From positions 1 to 29,198 of the forward strand of contig JBCNVN010000018.1 of assembly GCA_039630055.1 (NCBI GenBank): a DNA stretch of 29,198 bases, written 5' to 3'. This document shows, piece by piece, positions 18,099 to 28,598 of the stretch. How positions within the stretch are numbered: the stretch's first letter is position 1; every line of letters starts with the position of its first letter. The stretch comes from Candidatus Caldarchaeales archaeon (GTDB lineage: Archaea; Thermoproteota; Nitrososphaeria_A; Caldarchaeales; Wolframiiraptoraceae). A program made the position numbers and the translations under genes. The notes beneath the pieces are model-generated. The model did not search any database and was not told the origin of the DNA. It was given only the letters and a program-made list of their open reading frames with translations.

Positions 18099-18893
18099 TC
18101 AGAGTTGAACTACTGCATGAGGTACAGATGAAAGCTCCACCGGCTTCTTCTTAAAAGTCTTAAAGATAGTTGAGGAAGTTACCATCTTCTTTAGCAACTG
18201 GATAGATTTCGCTGGATCCACCCCCTTCGGACAGACATTACTGCATGCTGTCGCGAAGTGGCATCTCCAACATCCATGCTCAGAATCAATTATCGGAAGT
18301 CTCGAATCTAATCCATTATCTCTTGGGTCGGCTGAGAATCTATAGGCTCTATTGAGGATCATCGGCGTTAAGAATAATCTATCCGTTGAAAAAGTTGGGC
18401 ATGCAGAAGAACATAATCCACATTCGATGCAGTCTGCAAATTGAAGATATTTTAGAAGCTCATCAGGCTTCTGTAGATACATACCAGTAGGAGTCATCAT
18501 CTCATCAACGTCATTTCTAATGATATAAGGCTTGATAGATTTCTCTTTAACAAATAGGTCTGAGAAGTCTGTCACCAGATCTCTCGTTATTGGTAGATTG
18601 CTGAGCGGTTCAACGATTACTCTATTAGATTTAAGCTCTAAGACTCTGGTAAAACATGCAAGCCTCTGCTTACCATTTATCATCATCCCACATGAGCCGC
18701 AGACTGCTTGCCTACATGAGTATCTTATAGCTAGTGAGGGATCTTGTTCTTCCTTAATCTTCAGTAATGCGTCAAGGACTGTTGTCCCTCTATCTACTTC
18801 GACCTGATACTCTTTCCATCTGGGAGAGACATCAACGGATGGATTGAATCTGAAGACTTTGAATACAATCTTCTTTATCTCTTCGTTTCCCAT
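18099..18893 (-). CDS. sdhB: Succinate dehydrogenase iron-sulfur subunit
   Basis: SCRQAVCGSC..LAC (2Fe-2S), CIECGLCSSACP, CHFATACSNVCP. SD GGTGA favours the ATG at 18893; the ORF track starts at 18905. Confidence 0.95.
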   Translation of the reverse strand: MGNEEIKKIVFKVFRFNPSVDVSPRWKEYQVEVDRGTTVLDALLKIKEEQDPSLAIRYSCRQAVCGSCGMMINGKQRLACFTRVLELKSNRVIVEPLSNLPITRDLVTDFSDLFVKEKSIKPYIIRNDVDEMMTPTGMYLQKPDELLKYLQFADCIECGLCSSACPTFSTDRLFLTPMILNRAYRFSADPRDNGLDSRLPIIDSEHGCWRCHFATACSNVCPKGVDPAKSIQLLKKMVTSSTIFKTFKKKPVELSSVPHAVVQL

Positions 18894-18898
18894 ATATT

Positions 18899-19213
18899 TC
18901 ACCATATATCAAATATTACATCCAAAGAATATAGACCGAAAATATAGATCAGTATTCCTAAAGCTAGTAGAGTTATAGTGATAGTTTTACTTGTTCGTAG
19001 ACCTGGTCTCAGTTCTATCAAGATGACTCTCAGACCATTTAGAGAATGATAGAGTAATGCGGCGAGGAATATCGCTTGACCTACTGGATATTGTGGGGTT
19101 GTTTTGATCCATGCAAACGAGCTGAGATTACTCGCCAATAAGTGTATCGCTCCTGTCACGAGTATTATGAACCCTGTAATATAGTGGAGTAACATTTTTG
19201 TTGATTCTCTCAT
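18899..19213 (-). CDS. sdhD: Succinate dehydrogenase membrane anchor subunit
   Basis: Three TM helices, LHYITG, YHSLNGLRVIL.E; lies between sdhC and sdhB; SD GGTGGTGA. Confidence 0.85.
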   Translation of the reverse strand: MRESTKMLLHYITGFIILVTGAIHLLASNLSSFAWIKTTPQYPVGQAIFLAALLYHSLNGLRVILIELRPGLRTSKTITITLLALGILIYIFGLYSLDVIFDIW

Positions 19214-19217
19214 CACT

Positions 19218-19646
19218 TCACCACCCTAGTAGACTGAAGGCAACCATGGTCCAGAAGTACATGAAGACTACGAAGACCGTGGTCACCAAGTATATAGCCA
19301 ACCTCTGCCTCCCAGTTAGCGTGGTCATCTTGTATGGATATACTGCTCGTATAGGTTTGCCTACTAGAAATCCATATTCGGCCAGTGTTAGCCTTATGCC
19401 GTTGAAAGCATGAAATAGAATAATTATACCTAGAATGATGAGTACGGATTTTCCGACTAAACCAGGCGGCTCCCATAAGACTCCAGTGGTAGCATATATG
19501 AGACCTACGTTTAACACGTGTGTTATTAGGAAGACGAATATTCCAACCCCTGATATTCTCTGCCAAATATAGAGTATCTTTTCTATCGAGTATCCTCTAA
19601 TCTTAATCCAGCCAAGGATCCCTTCCTTATTCTCTCTATTCTTCAT
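19218..19646 (-). CDS. sdhC: Succinate dehydrogenase cytochrome b subunit
   Basis: Three TM helices, QRISG, THV, FHAFNGIRL.L.E; directly downstream of sdhA. Confidence 0.88.
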   Translation of the reverse strand: MKNRENKEGILGWIKIRGYSIEKILYIWQRISGVGIFVFLITHVLNVGLIYATTGVLWEPPGLVGKSVLIILGIIILFHAFNGIRLTLAEYGFLVGKPIRAVYPYKMTTLTGRQRLAIYLVTTVFVVFMYFWTMVAFSLLGW

Positions 19647-19661
19647 ATACCCATCCTCTCC

Positions 19662-21377
19662 TCAATATTTTCTCTCTCTAGGCTCCCACCTACTAATCCT
19701 TACAGGTATATATTCAAGCCTCGGCCCGTCAACGGTTCTGAAAGCTAATGTATGTTTAAGCCAGTTTACATCATCCCTCTTTGGATAATCTAGACGATAG
19801 TGGGCACCCCTACTCTCAGTCCTTGCCAATGCTGAGACGAGTACCACTTCAGCCACCTCAAGCATCGAGTCCAGCTCCAAGACGTTGATAAAGTTCTGGT
19901 TAAATTCTTTACTCTTATCATCCACTCTACCTGTGCCAAACCTTCTCCTCAATTCTCTAATCTTACGGAGTCCTTCTTCTAATCCCCTTCCATCTCTAAA
20001 TACATATGCATGGAGACTCATAGTATTCTGCATCTCTCTTCTAATCAGATATGGATCTTCACCTACTCCACCTTTAAGTATCTGATCATACACGCGCTTC
20101 TCCTCTTTTTCAACGATGGACGCTGATACAGTTCTACCACTACCCTTCTTCAAAACATATTCAGCTGCCTGTTTTCCAGTTAGGTATCCGTAAACTAGAC
20201 AGTCTGTCGTAGAGTTACATCCTAATCTATTTGCTCCATGGATGCTTACACAGCTCACTTCTCCTGCAGCCCAGAGGCCTCTGACAGGTGTCTGACCATT
20301 TATATCTACATGGACTCCTCCCATAGTATAATGTGCGACAGGTCTAACGGGGATAGGTTCATTTACTGGATTTATCCCAGCGAACTTCATAGAGATCATC
20401 TTTATCTCTGTCAACTTCTCATCTATCACCTTTTCACCTAGATGCGTTAAGTCTAAATGGACATAGTCTAAACCATTTGGTCCTTTGAACCCTCTACCCT
20501 CCATTATCTCCTTCATCATAGATCTAGATACTATGTCTCTAGGAGCAAGCTCCATCCTCTCGGGAGCATACCTACTCATGAAACGTTCTCCATCCTTATT
20601 TCTCAGATATCCTCCCTCACCTCTCGCTGCTTCAGAGATAAGTATCCCTGAAGGAACCAGTCCGGTTGGATGAAACTGGATGAACTCCATATCCTTTAGG
20701 GGAATACCCGCTCTATAAGCCATACACATTCCTTCAGCCGTTGAAGAGTGTCCGTAAGTTGTAAATGAGTACAATCTTCCAGCTCCACCAGTCGCCAAGA
20801 TACATGCTCTAGCATCAAACACATTCAATTCTCCTGTCTTCATCTCTATAGCTGTCAAACCTTTAAACTCACCATCTTCTACTACGAGTGATGTTACAAA
20901 CCACTCATGATAGAATGTTATATTATCGTATTTGAGACAAGTATTATATAGGGTCTGCATAGCATGTAATCCTGTCTTATCCGATGCATAACATGCACGA
21001 TCAAAGCTGTGTCCTCCGAAAGGTCTCTGGTCAATCCTACCATCTTCTCTTCTACTCCAAGGCATACCCCAATGCTCAAGCCTCAAGATCTCTCTTGGAG
21101 CAAGCTTAACAAATAGCTCTACAGCATCTTGATCTGCTAGATAGTCTGCTCCCTTAACTGTATCGAATGCATGTAGGTCGTAACTATCTCCTTGTTCTGG
21201 GTATAGAACTGCAGCCGTACCTCCAGCATATGCAACTGAGTGGCTCCTCATAGCATGAATCTTACTTATAACTGCGACACGTATCTTGGGATCAGTACTG
21301 GCAGACTCTATAGCTGCTCTGAGACCTGCCAAACCAGAACCTACAATAACAATGTCTTCATTAATCCTCTCTACCAA
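19662..21377 (-). CDS. sdhA: Succinate dehydrogenase/fumarate reductase flavoprotein
   Basis: GSGLAG, RSHS (FAD-linked His), RPFGG, QFHPTG, SEAARGEGG, LAPRDIVSR, HYTMGG, HGANRLG.NS, ESRGAH. Start placed at the TTG 21377; the ORF track extends to 21431 through the TATA region. Confidence 0.96.
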   Translation of the reverse strand: MVERINEDIVIVGSGLAGLRAAIESASTDPKIRVAVISKIHAMRSHSVAYAGGTAAVLYPEQGDSYDLHAFDTVKGADYLADQDAVELFVKLAPREILRLEHWGMPWSRREDGRIDQRPFGGHSFDRACYASDKTGLHAMQTLYNTCLKYDNITFYHEWFVTSLVVEDGEFKGLTAIEMKTGELNVFDARACILATGGAGRLYSFTTYGHSSTAEGMCMAYRAGIPLKDMEFIQFHPTGLVPSGILISEAARGEGGYLRNKDGERFMSRYAPERMELAPRDIVSRSMMKEIMEGRGFKGPNGLDYVHLDLTHLGEKVIDEKLTEIKMISMKFAGINPVNEPIPVRPVAHYTMGGVHVDINGQTPVRGLWAAGEVSCVSIHGANRLGCNSTTDCLVYGYLTGKQAAEYVLKKGSGRTVSASIVEKEEKRVYDQILKGGVGEDPYLIRREMQNTMSLHAYVFRDGRGLEEGLRKIRELRRRFGTGRVDDKSKEFNQNFINVLELDSMLEVAEVVLVSALARTESRGAHYRLDYPKRDDVNWLKHTLAFRTVDGPRLEYIPVRISRWEPRERKY

Positions 21378-22049
21378 GTTCTCACATATATCATAGGATA
21401 GGGCTCTTAAATATACCTTTAACTTATACACTGACCTATATTAAATTGAGTGAAAGATAATAGATTATTGAACTAGAGATGGTATAGTGTCAATATATCA
21501 AGCCGATATACCTTTCTTAGGTTTTCTCTAAGGATTGTATAAGTCGTAGAGAGTCGTATAGCCACGAGAATACTTGAAGAGTTTCAGATTAAACAGCTCT
21601 TCAACCCCTTCTCGAAAATTTCATCACATTCTTCTCTTGAATGTGTAGGGAGTACATCAACAATTTAAAGCCTATCTCTCCTGATTGATCTTCTCTAAAA
21701 GTTGATCTAGATGTTATATCTCGTATACATGCTCTAGTCTAAGAAGATAGACTAACACCTGCTACTTCAGATCTATCACGTAAGATAACACGATATCCAT
21801 CGATTAGCTTTTACAACATTATCCTCAGACTAGTCAATTTTTATACTTTTCAACAGTTATTTCTGAAACTTTGTAAGATAGTATCTATGATAATTTTTAA
21901 ACTGTTGGATGCAAAATACGAGACCTCCAGAATTAGTGAGTCTCATCCCTATAGGTTTCTCCTATACAATCATAGTAGTATAGATTAACTTATATTCGGT
22001 TTGAATATAAATGATTATTAAAGAGTCTCTACCCCAGCTTTTTGGAAAG

Positions 22050-22593
22050 ATGATTAGTAGGAGAAGATATGTGAAATGGATTATTGCAGGTTTAACGATT
22101 GGTATCGTAGGATTGATCGTATACCTTGGAGGAATATTCAGGCCGACTACTGTAGGTAACCAGAAAACAGAGACAGCTAAGACAGAAGAGGCCAAGACTA
22201 CGATAACGAGTCCAACTGTTACTGAGGCGACCGAGACGCCTAGTGAAGGGATATTCGTAGGCAAGGTAGAAGATGTACAAGTAGGTGGTCAGAAATATTT
22301 TACCATGAATACTGATCCTGATGGTAAGCCAGGCGAGCATAAAGCTATACTTATCCGTCTTAAGCCTGAATTAGTCGAAAAACATGGATCAGAGTTCATT
22401 GCCTTTAGTGCAGTATGCACACATGGGATGTACAGTTGGCTATAAAGGTGAAATCATCGAATGTCCATGCCATGGAGGCAGATATGATCCAATTACTGGA
22501 AATGTGGTCGCTGGTCCTCCACCTAAACCAATCCGCAAGATAGATTTGGAGATAGATAGTGAGGGGAGAATATACGCAGTAGGATGGGTCTAA
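22050..22593 (+). pseudogene. Tat-exported Rieske [2Fe-2S] protein, split by a frameshift near 22417-22428 (pseudogene or assembly error)
   Basis: ORF1: SRRRYVK twin-Arg motif plus TM, ending ...AFSAVCTH. ORF2 (+1 frame): HMGCTV..IECPCHGGRYD...G.VVAGPPPKP. Two extra nucleotides would restore CTH(M/L)GC. Confidence 0.85.
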
Positions 22594-22813
22594 CATATCC
22601 GATTCAAGATAAGAAGCGATTGACCAACGATATAGAACGTAAAAAGGGATCATAGTTATTATTGTTACTAGGAGAACAATTGTAGGTCCACCTCCATATA
22701 AATTGTGAGGGTAATCCTTGGAGTCCTTGACTCTAAACATATCATCTAAAGTGAACCTAACAATTCGATCGTTGATATGGAAAAACCGTACAACTATATT
22801 ATCGTCTCTAAGG

Positions 22814-23230
22814 TTAGTATATAGAGATAGGTTTCACCATAAATAACTTCTTGATTCTCTTCTCTAAGATCAGGGGATCTTTTAACTTAAATAGATGTGA
22901 GATACATCTGCAATCGCTTGAACCGAATCTTTTGATAGGTATTCCGCCGAGAGCCAAAGCTAGGGAGGATATCCTGCATTCGTATTCTTTATCTAGAGGA
23001 TAAATGAAGGCTCTAATAATCTTGCATGAATCCGATGATAGAAGATAGTCTATATGCCATCTGATCTTCTTATACTTTCTGAAATGTCTCATTATCCTCT
23101 TCTCTACATTATTCTGACCGGAACCTACGTAGATATACCTTCCAGGGATGAAGAAGACTTCACCCAAAGAGCCGATTCTTATCTTAACCCTCCTAGCTAT
23201 ATCTAAGACGAGTATGTAGACCCCCTTCAA
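22814..23230 (-). CDS. GIY-YIG (Uri superfamily) nuclease, DUF123 type
   Basis: KGVYILV, G.YIYVGS, RI.RH, WHIDYL, EC, FGSSDC.C.SHL. Confidence 0.88.
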   Translation of the reverse strand: MKGVYILVLDIARRVKIRIGSLGEVFFIPGRYIYVGSGQNNVEKRIMRHFRKYKKIRWHIDYLLSSDSCKIIRAFIYPLDKEYECRISSLALALGGIPIKRFGSSDCRCISHLFKLKDPLILEKRIKKLFMVKPISIY

Positions 23231-23312
23231 TCCAGAATAGGATATTTTGTGAGAGAGAATATATCCTTACCATTCATTCGAGAATTATCCAATAAAATTT
23301 ACAATTCTTGGT

Positions 23313-24491
23313 CTATATTTTCTCTATCATAATCGCTGTTGCTCCACCTACACCGTGGCAGAGGGCTGCTATACCCCTCTTATAATTGAAGTACTCCATA
23401 GCATTCAGTAGCGTGGTCAATATCCTTGCTCCACTCGCTCCTATTGGATGACCTAGAGCTATCGCACCACCCAGTACATTCAATCTATTTCTAGAGACTC
23501 CTAACAGGTCTTCAAATAAAGCTGTAGAGACGGCGAATGCTTCATTATTCTCAAACAAGTCTATATCATCTATATTGTATCCCAGCTTATCGAGCAGTCT
23601 TCTAACAGCATATATTGGTGCTTCTGTAAAGCGCCAAGAGTCTACTCCCTCCCAAGCGTATCCGATAATCTTTGCTCTGACATCTAGGTCGTGTTCTGCA
23701 ATAGCTTCCTCACTCGCCAATAGAACCGCTGAAGCACCATCGCTTATCTGGCTGGATGTTGCAGCTGTATGAACCCCTCCTTGAAATACGGTCTGTAGCT
23801 TTGCCATCTTATCGAGTGATGTATCGGGTCTAATCCCTTCATCAACCTCTAAGTAGGCTCTACCATCGACTTCAATAGGTACAATCTCTCTCTTGAATAT
23901 TCCATCCCTAGTCGCTTTATATGCTCTCATATGGCTCTCGTAAGCAATCTCTTCCAATCTCTCCCTACTATAACCTTTTTCAATAGCTACCATATCTGCT
24001 TCCTGAACCATAACCTTACCATTAAAGGGATCTCTCAAACCTTCATAGATGAGAGAGTCTATAATCGATGTCTCCCTTTCATAGTTTATTCTGATGCCCC
24101 ATCTATAATCGTGAGGTATTATGAATGGAGACCTACTCATATTCTCCATTCCACCAGCGATGACCAGATCTGCATCTCCAGATCTTATCAAAGATGCTCC
24201 ACTGATTATAGCCATCATACCAGATGAACAGACCATGTCTATATTAAATGCTTCTACTCGTGGTGGTATCCCCGCTAAGATGCTTGCCTGTCTTGCAGTA
24301 TCTTGACCAGTACCACATCTAATAACTTGACCCATAATAACAATGTCTAGATCACCTGGATCTATCCTATTCTTCTCTATAATCTTCTTTATTACAGTGG
24401 CCCCTAGCTTTACCGCTGGAAATTCTTTTAAAGATCCACCGAACTTTCCGAGAGGCGTTCTAACAGCATCAACTAAGTATACGCTCACCAT
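23313..24491 (-). CDS. Thiolase (acetyl-CoA C-acyltransferase)
   Basis: AVRTP.GKFGGSL, VCSSG (catalytic Cys), GGMENMS, SDGA, NEAF, GHPIGASG, CHGVGG. ATG at 24491 preceded by AGGTG. Confidence 0.95.
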   Translation of the reverse strand: MVSVYLVDAVRTPLGKFGGSLKEFPAVKLGATVIKKIIEKNRIDPGDLDIVIMGQVIRCGTGQDTARQASILAGIPPRVEAFNIDMVCSSGMMAIISGASLIRSGDADLVIAGGMENMSRSPFIIPHDYRWGIRINYERETSIIDSLIYEGLRDPFNGKVMVQEADMVAIEKGYSRERLEEIAYESHMRAYKATRDGIFKREIVPIEVDGRAYLEVDEGIRPDTSLDKMAKLQTVFQGGVHTAATSSQISDGASAVLLASEEAIAEHDLDVRAKIIGYAWEGVDSWRFTEAPIYAVRRLLDKLGYNIDDIDLFENNEAFAVSTALFEDLLGVSRNRLNVLGGAIALGHPIGASGARILTTLLNAMEYFNYKRGIAALCHGVGGATAIMIEKI

Positions 24492-24671
24492 CGGGAGAAC
24501 ACCTGAAAATATTGTGTATTTCACGATTAATTAGGATTAACAATATTCGTTACAAAGTCTAAGATATATAGAAGAATCCTTAAACTTAATCTAACCTAGA
24601 TCTTAAGAAGTCAAAAGATAACTCAATATATGAAACTTTATCAATCAGAATATCTTTAATCTTATCATACT

Positions 24672-25145
24672 ATGGGAACTCTTAGTACTAGAGACTTGGA
24701 AGAGTATATGAAGTCTAAGAATATTAGGGGTGAGATAATAAATCTTAAACCCGGCGAGGCCAAGACATCGACGGCTGCTGCTAGAGCGGTAAAATGTTAT
24801 GTTGGTGAGATTGCTAAGAATATAGTTCTCATAGGGAGTAAGGGAAGCAAGCTCATGGTCATAATCTCGGGGGATAAGAAGATTGATCTAGTAAAGGTCT
24901 CGAAAAGATTCTCAGAGAAGTTTAGACTCGCAACACCAGATGAAGTCCTTCTAGAGACCGGATATACTGTAGGAGGGGTTCCACCCTTCGGGCATCTAAA
25001 ACCATTAAAAACCATTATTGATCCTTCTTTAAGACGTTACGACCATGTATATACGTCGGGAGGTTCTGAAGATACTTTAATGAAGATCAGCGTGGAGGAA
25101 TTGCTAAAAGCATGTGATGGAGAGATAATAGATGTATCGATATGA
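24672..25145 (+). CDS. YbaK/ProX-family aminoacyl-tRNA deacylase (INS superfamily)
   Basis: T...AA, IAKNIV (conserved Lys), LA...EV...TGY.VGGVPPFG, SGG. Confidence 0.9.
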   Translation: MGTLSTRDLEEYMKSKNIRGEIINLKPGEAKTSTAAARAVKCYVGEIAKNIVLIGSKGSKLMVIISGDKKIDLVKVSKRFSEKFRLATPDEVLLETGYTVGGVPPFGHLKPLKTIIDPSLRRYDHVYTSGGSEDTLMKISVEELLKACDGEIIDVSI

Positions 25146-25208
25146 TATGTATAGTTTAGAGGTAGAAGTAAAATCCTTAAAAGTAGAGATGAAGATTATC
25201 TATCTAGG

Positions 25209-26285
25209 ATGCTAGAAGAAGTTACTGGAAAGCCTGCTAGACTATACTCGTATCTAAGTGATGGAAGGATAGTCTGTAAAGCATGTGCCCGTTACTGTAG
25301 GCTAAAGCCTGGGCAGATAGGATTCTGTGGTGTTAGGAAGAATATAGATAATGTCTTGTATCTACTAGTCTATGGAAAGATTATCTCAGCACATATCGAC
25401 CCTATAGAGAAGAAGCCTGTAACCCATTTCGCTCCCGGGACAAAGATATTCTCCATAGCTACGACGGGATGTTCATGGATATGTCAATACTGTCAAAATT
25501 TCGATATCAGCCAGAGGAGGAAGGTGGAGGGAATAGACGTAACACCTGAAAAGATCGTTGAGACTGCTAAGAGATATGGTAGCCATGGCTTCGCCTATAC
25601 CTATAATGAGCCATCAATCTTCATGGAATTTGCTCATGATATTGGAGTTATAGCTAGAAGGGAGGGCATGATCAATATCTTTGTGACGAATGGTTATTGG
25701 CCTGATGGAGTAGATGAGGCGAAAGATTTCCTTGATGCAGCCACGGTAGACTTTAAGGGTAATGGAGAGGAAGAGTTCTTGAGGAAGTATGTAGGTATAC
25801 CGAGCCCAGAGCCGATCTTCCAAACACTCCTAGAAATAAAGCATAAGACAAAGATCCACATAGAGATTACAGATCTAGTTGTTCCAAAGATTGGTGATGA
25901 CCTAGAAGCTGCAAGAAAGCTTGCTAAATGGGTCTATGAGAATCTTGGACCTGATACTCCGATGCATTTCTTGAGATTCCATCCTGATTATAGACTACTC
26001 CACCTACCATTAACACCCGTAGAGACTTTGGAGAAGCATTGGAATGTGGCGAGAGAGGTCGGTTTAAATTATGTATACATTGGGAATGTTCCAGGTCATC
26101 CTTATGAGAACACTTACTGTCCAGGATGTGGAAAAATAGTCGTGGAGAGGAGGGGGTTCAGCATCTTGGGATGGCATCTAGATAAAAATAATAGATGTAA
26201 GTACTGTGGATATAATATAGCTATAGTCGGTAAACTACCACATGACTATAAAAGCATCAGGTTCATACCAGTCTTCTTCGACTAG
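25209..26285 (+). CDS. amrS: AmmeMemoRadiSam-type radical SAM enzyme
   Basis: C..C.R.C....[59 protein letters not shown]. Confidence 0.92.
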   Translation: MLEEVTGKPARLYSYLSDGRIVCKACARYCRLKPGQIGFCGVRKNIDNVLYLLVYGKIISAHIDPIEKKPVTHFAPGTKIFSIATTGCSWICQYCQNFDISQRRKVEGIDVTPEKIVETAKRYGSHGFAYTYNEPSIFMEFAHDIGVIARREGMINIFVTNGYWPDGVDEAKDFLDAATVDFKGNGEEEFLRKYVGIPSPEPIFQTLLEIKHKTKIHIEITDLVVPKIGDDLEAARKLAKWVYENLGPDTPMHFLRFHPDYRLLHLPLTPVETLEKHWNVAREVGLNYVYIGNVPGHPYENTYCPGCGKIVVERRGFSILGWHLDKNNRCKYCGYNIAIVGKLPHDYKSIRFIPVFFD

Positions 26286-26321
26286 CCCCTAAATACAGTA
26301 TCTTTACATCGGTAGATTTTA

Positions 26322-27500
26322 TTATAGGTTATTTAAGCCCCAGGTTAAACTACTTGTAGGATAGCCTAGTAAATGTAGATTTGAAGCATTCACATTCTTG
26401 AGATACTTTTTAGCAACCTCCAAGCAGGAGTAGAGTTGCTTCTCAGAAGTTATCGGTAGATCTCTCATTAAAAAGTCTGGATGGAAGATTAAAAGACAGT
26501 AAGGTATCTCTGGATCGAGGCTGGCTATAAACTTGGCTATCTCTTCAACTTCTTTCTCATCTACATAGTATGGGACGAGTAGGGTCGTTGCGGTCAACAC
26601 AGGCATGTTACTCCTCTTCTCATAGAACTCTCTATATACAAGCTCAAAGTTTCTAAGTACCTGATGGTTATCTCTACCAGTTAAAGCTCTATGTATAGAT
26701 GGTGTAAAAGCTTTTAGATCGAATTTAATATTTCCACCACTCTCCAATGTGATCTCTCCAACCCTCTTTACAAGCGAGGGGTTTCCACTACCATTCCACT
26801 CAAAACATATTCTAATTATTCGATTAGAAGGTTTCTCTTCAATTATCTTTTTAGAAGCTGTGATAGCAAATGGTAGCTGAGGTTCAGGCGACCCTCCAAA
26901 CCAGCACCAACATGTAATCCTACTATTTTTTAAGGTTACTTGAATAAGTTCATCGACAGATGTTCTTTCTGCATTCTCCAGATATTTATGGGTCCAGTTT
27001 TGACAGAATAGACAGTTAAAACTACATCCATAAAAGAATAGAGCGAGATTATAATAACCTATCTCAGCAGATGGTTTTACAGCATACTTTGGGAAGCCTG
27101 CTCCAGTACCAGCAGGACAAAACCAGGAACTACAGCAGTTAGTGACATGGTTATCTAGATAGTAGTGTAGGAGGGCTGTATTACTATCTGCTAGCTGGAC
27201 TAATCTCCCCAATCTGTTGAATCTTAAACCACAATATCCTTTCTCACCCTCACCAATCACACAGTTATTCATACATATCTTGCATGGTATTCCATCTTCA
27301 GTCTTTGGAGGCATCGGTGGAAGACCATACTTCATCCTAGCTTCTCTATGCTTTACCTCTATAATCTTCTGTGATTCTTCAGGTCTACTTCTCAAACAGT
27401 CTACACAGATACCTACAGCTTCAGAGATATACATAGACCTAACCTTACAGATTACGCAATCTTTCTCAGTAGATGACTTAGTCCACCAGCTACGTAACAT
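26322..27500 (-). CDS. Radical SAM protein, PflA/AmrS-related archaeal family with extra Cys clusters
   Basis: GCSFNCLFCQNW; N-terminal CxxC...CxxC, CxxCxxxC..GYCG, TNCC.SWFCPAG; FGGSPEP, KFDLKA, TLLVPYYVD, FHPDF.M.DLP.T. Confidence 0.9.
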   Translation of the reverse strand: MLRSWWTKSSTEKDCVICKVRSMYISEAVGICVDCLRSRPEESQKIIEVKHREARMKYGLPPMPPKTEDGIPCKICMNNCVIGEGEKGYCGLRFNRLGRLVQLADSNTALLHYYLDNHVTNCCSSWFCPAGTGAGFPKYAVKPSAEIGYYNLALFFYGCSFNCLFCQNWTHKYLENAERTSVDELIQVTLKNSRITCWCWFGGSPEPQLPFAITASKKIIEEKPSNRIIRICFEWNGSGNPSLVKRVGEITLESGGNIKFDLKAFTPSIHRALTGRDNHQVLRNFELVYREFYEKRSNMPVLTATTLLVPYYVDEKEVEEIAKFIASLDPEIPYCLLIFHPDFLMRDLPITSEKQLYSCLEVAKKYLKNVNASNLHLLGYPTSSLTWGLNNL

Positions 27501-27761
27501 CTTCCAAGCATAATCAATATCTTCGAAGATTATAATTATTCCCTATTAGATTATGCAAAAGCTTATAAGAGCCTCAGTGAAAGAGATTGGCTAAAGGGAG
27601 TAAAATTGATTAAAGAGAGAGTGAGAGCAAAAGATCTTAGAATTAAAAACTTTTTTAAAATGTTGTACTTTAAATGGCTTGTAGATTAATAGAAAAGAAT
27701 AATAGGTGTAATCTGATGGAAACAGTTACTGGACTTATCAACTCAAGTATCCTTATGATCC

Positions 27762-28257
27762 TCATTCATATTCATAAAATGTTTTTATGCGTTTTATCTC
27801 GAGATAATGTTTTAACCCTCCTCGTCCGAGGCCACATCATATTCCGCTTTCCTTCATCCTAGATATGATCTTCTACTACATACTCTATAAATTTCATTGG
27901 TGATATAGGAGTATATGAGGGCGGCTTAGCTACTATTGTACATCTAGCAGCAAGCGCTGCTCCAGCTCTCCATGAAAGAAGTTGGACTGGATAATTCCAC
28001 AGTGTTATAGCTGGTACAAAGCCGATGAGATGCCGAACAACTCGACTTTCATATTGTTTTACTGGTAGTGGAATAATTTCTCCATAAACTCTAAAAATTT
28101 CTTCAGCTAAAAACCGTAAGACATAAGCTGCATTCCTCAATTCATCTTCTGCCTGTTTTAATGGTTTATCATGTTCTCTATTAAGCGATCTCACTATCTC
28201 GCTAGCTTTTTTTCTCAACATTATCAGCTGCACAACGGAATAGTTTTCGTCATTCAT
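27762..28257 (-). pseudogene. Degraded NAD(P)-dependent aldehyde dehydrogenase with a large internal deletion
   Basis: E*RKLFRCAADNVEKK, frameshift in an A7 run (28213-28207), then REHDKP..A..E, YGE.IP, AITLWNYP, AALAARCT.V.KP. The extreme C-terminus follows directly as MKESGI*CGLGRGGLKHYLEIK (27857-27762). Confidence 0.88.
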
Positions 28258-28598
28258 CTTTAACCTTCAATATTTTCAGAAAATGTGCCTATAACTAATC
28301 ATCAACAAAGATGTAGATGCAGTATTTTTTATACAGATAAAAATGAATACTGAAAAGGTAATCATATCTCAAGAAGGAGTAACAAAGATCTATGGTTAGA
28401 GTGAGTGAATCCGCTAAGACCGTCAACATTTCCTAGAAGAATCATCAAAGAGCAAGCGCTCCAAGCTCGCAACAGAACCTATATAGACTACTAATGTTTT
28501 AAACTTGAAGAAGTTGTTAAGATCTACTGATCTACTAGTGCAAATGTCTCAAAGAAAGTTTAAAAGGAACAAGCTCCTTCTGTTCAGAAGGATGAGTT

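Noticed and set aside
21574-21604. 8-bp inverted repeat TTGAAGAG...CTCTTCAA in the sdhA-Rieske spacer
   Set aside because: A single short repeat with a 15-nt spacer and no supporting context.
18532-22340. Overlapping ORFs in the sdh operon and antisense to the Rieske gene (including 19213..19566)
   Set aside because: The sdh and Rieske frames carry the conserved motifs; these do not.
22405-22813. Minus-strand frame with one hydrophobic segment (GGGPTIVLLVTIITMIPFYVLYRW)
   Set aside because: It runs antisense deep into the Rieske C-terminus. It could be a membrane-gene remnant, but I cannot assign it without a search.
27510-27862. Start-less open frame at about 27510-27689 and the 62-aa ORF 27674..27862 (+)
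   Set aside because: No start or motif in the first; the second is antisense to the ALDH C-terminal remnant.
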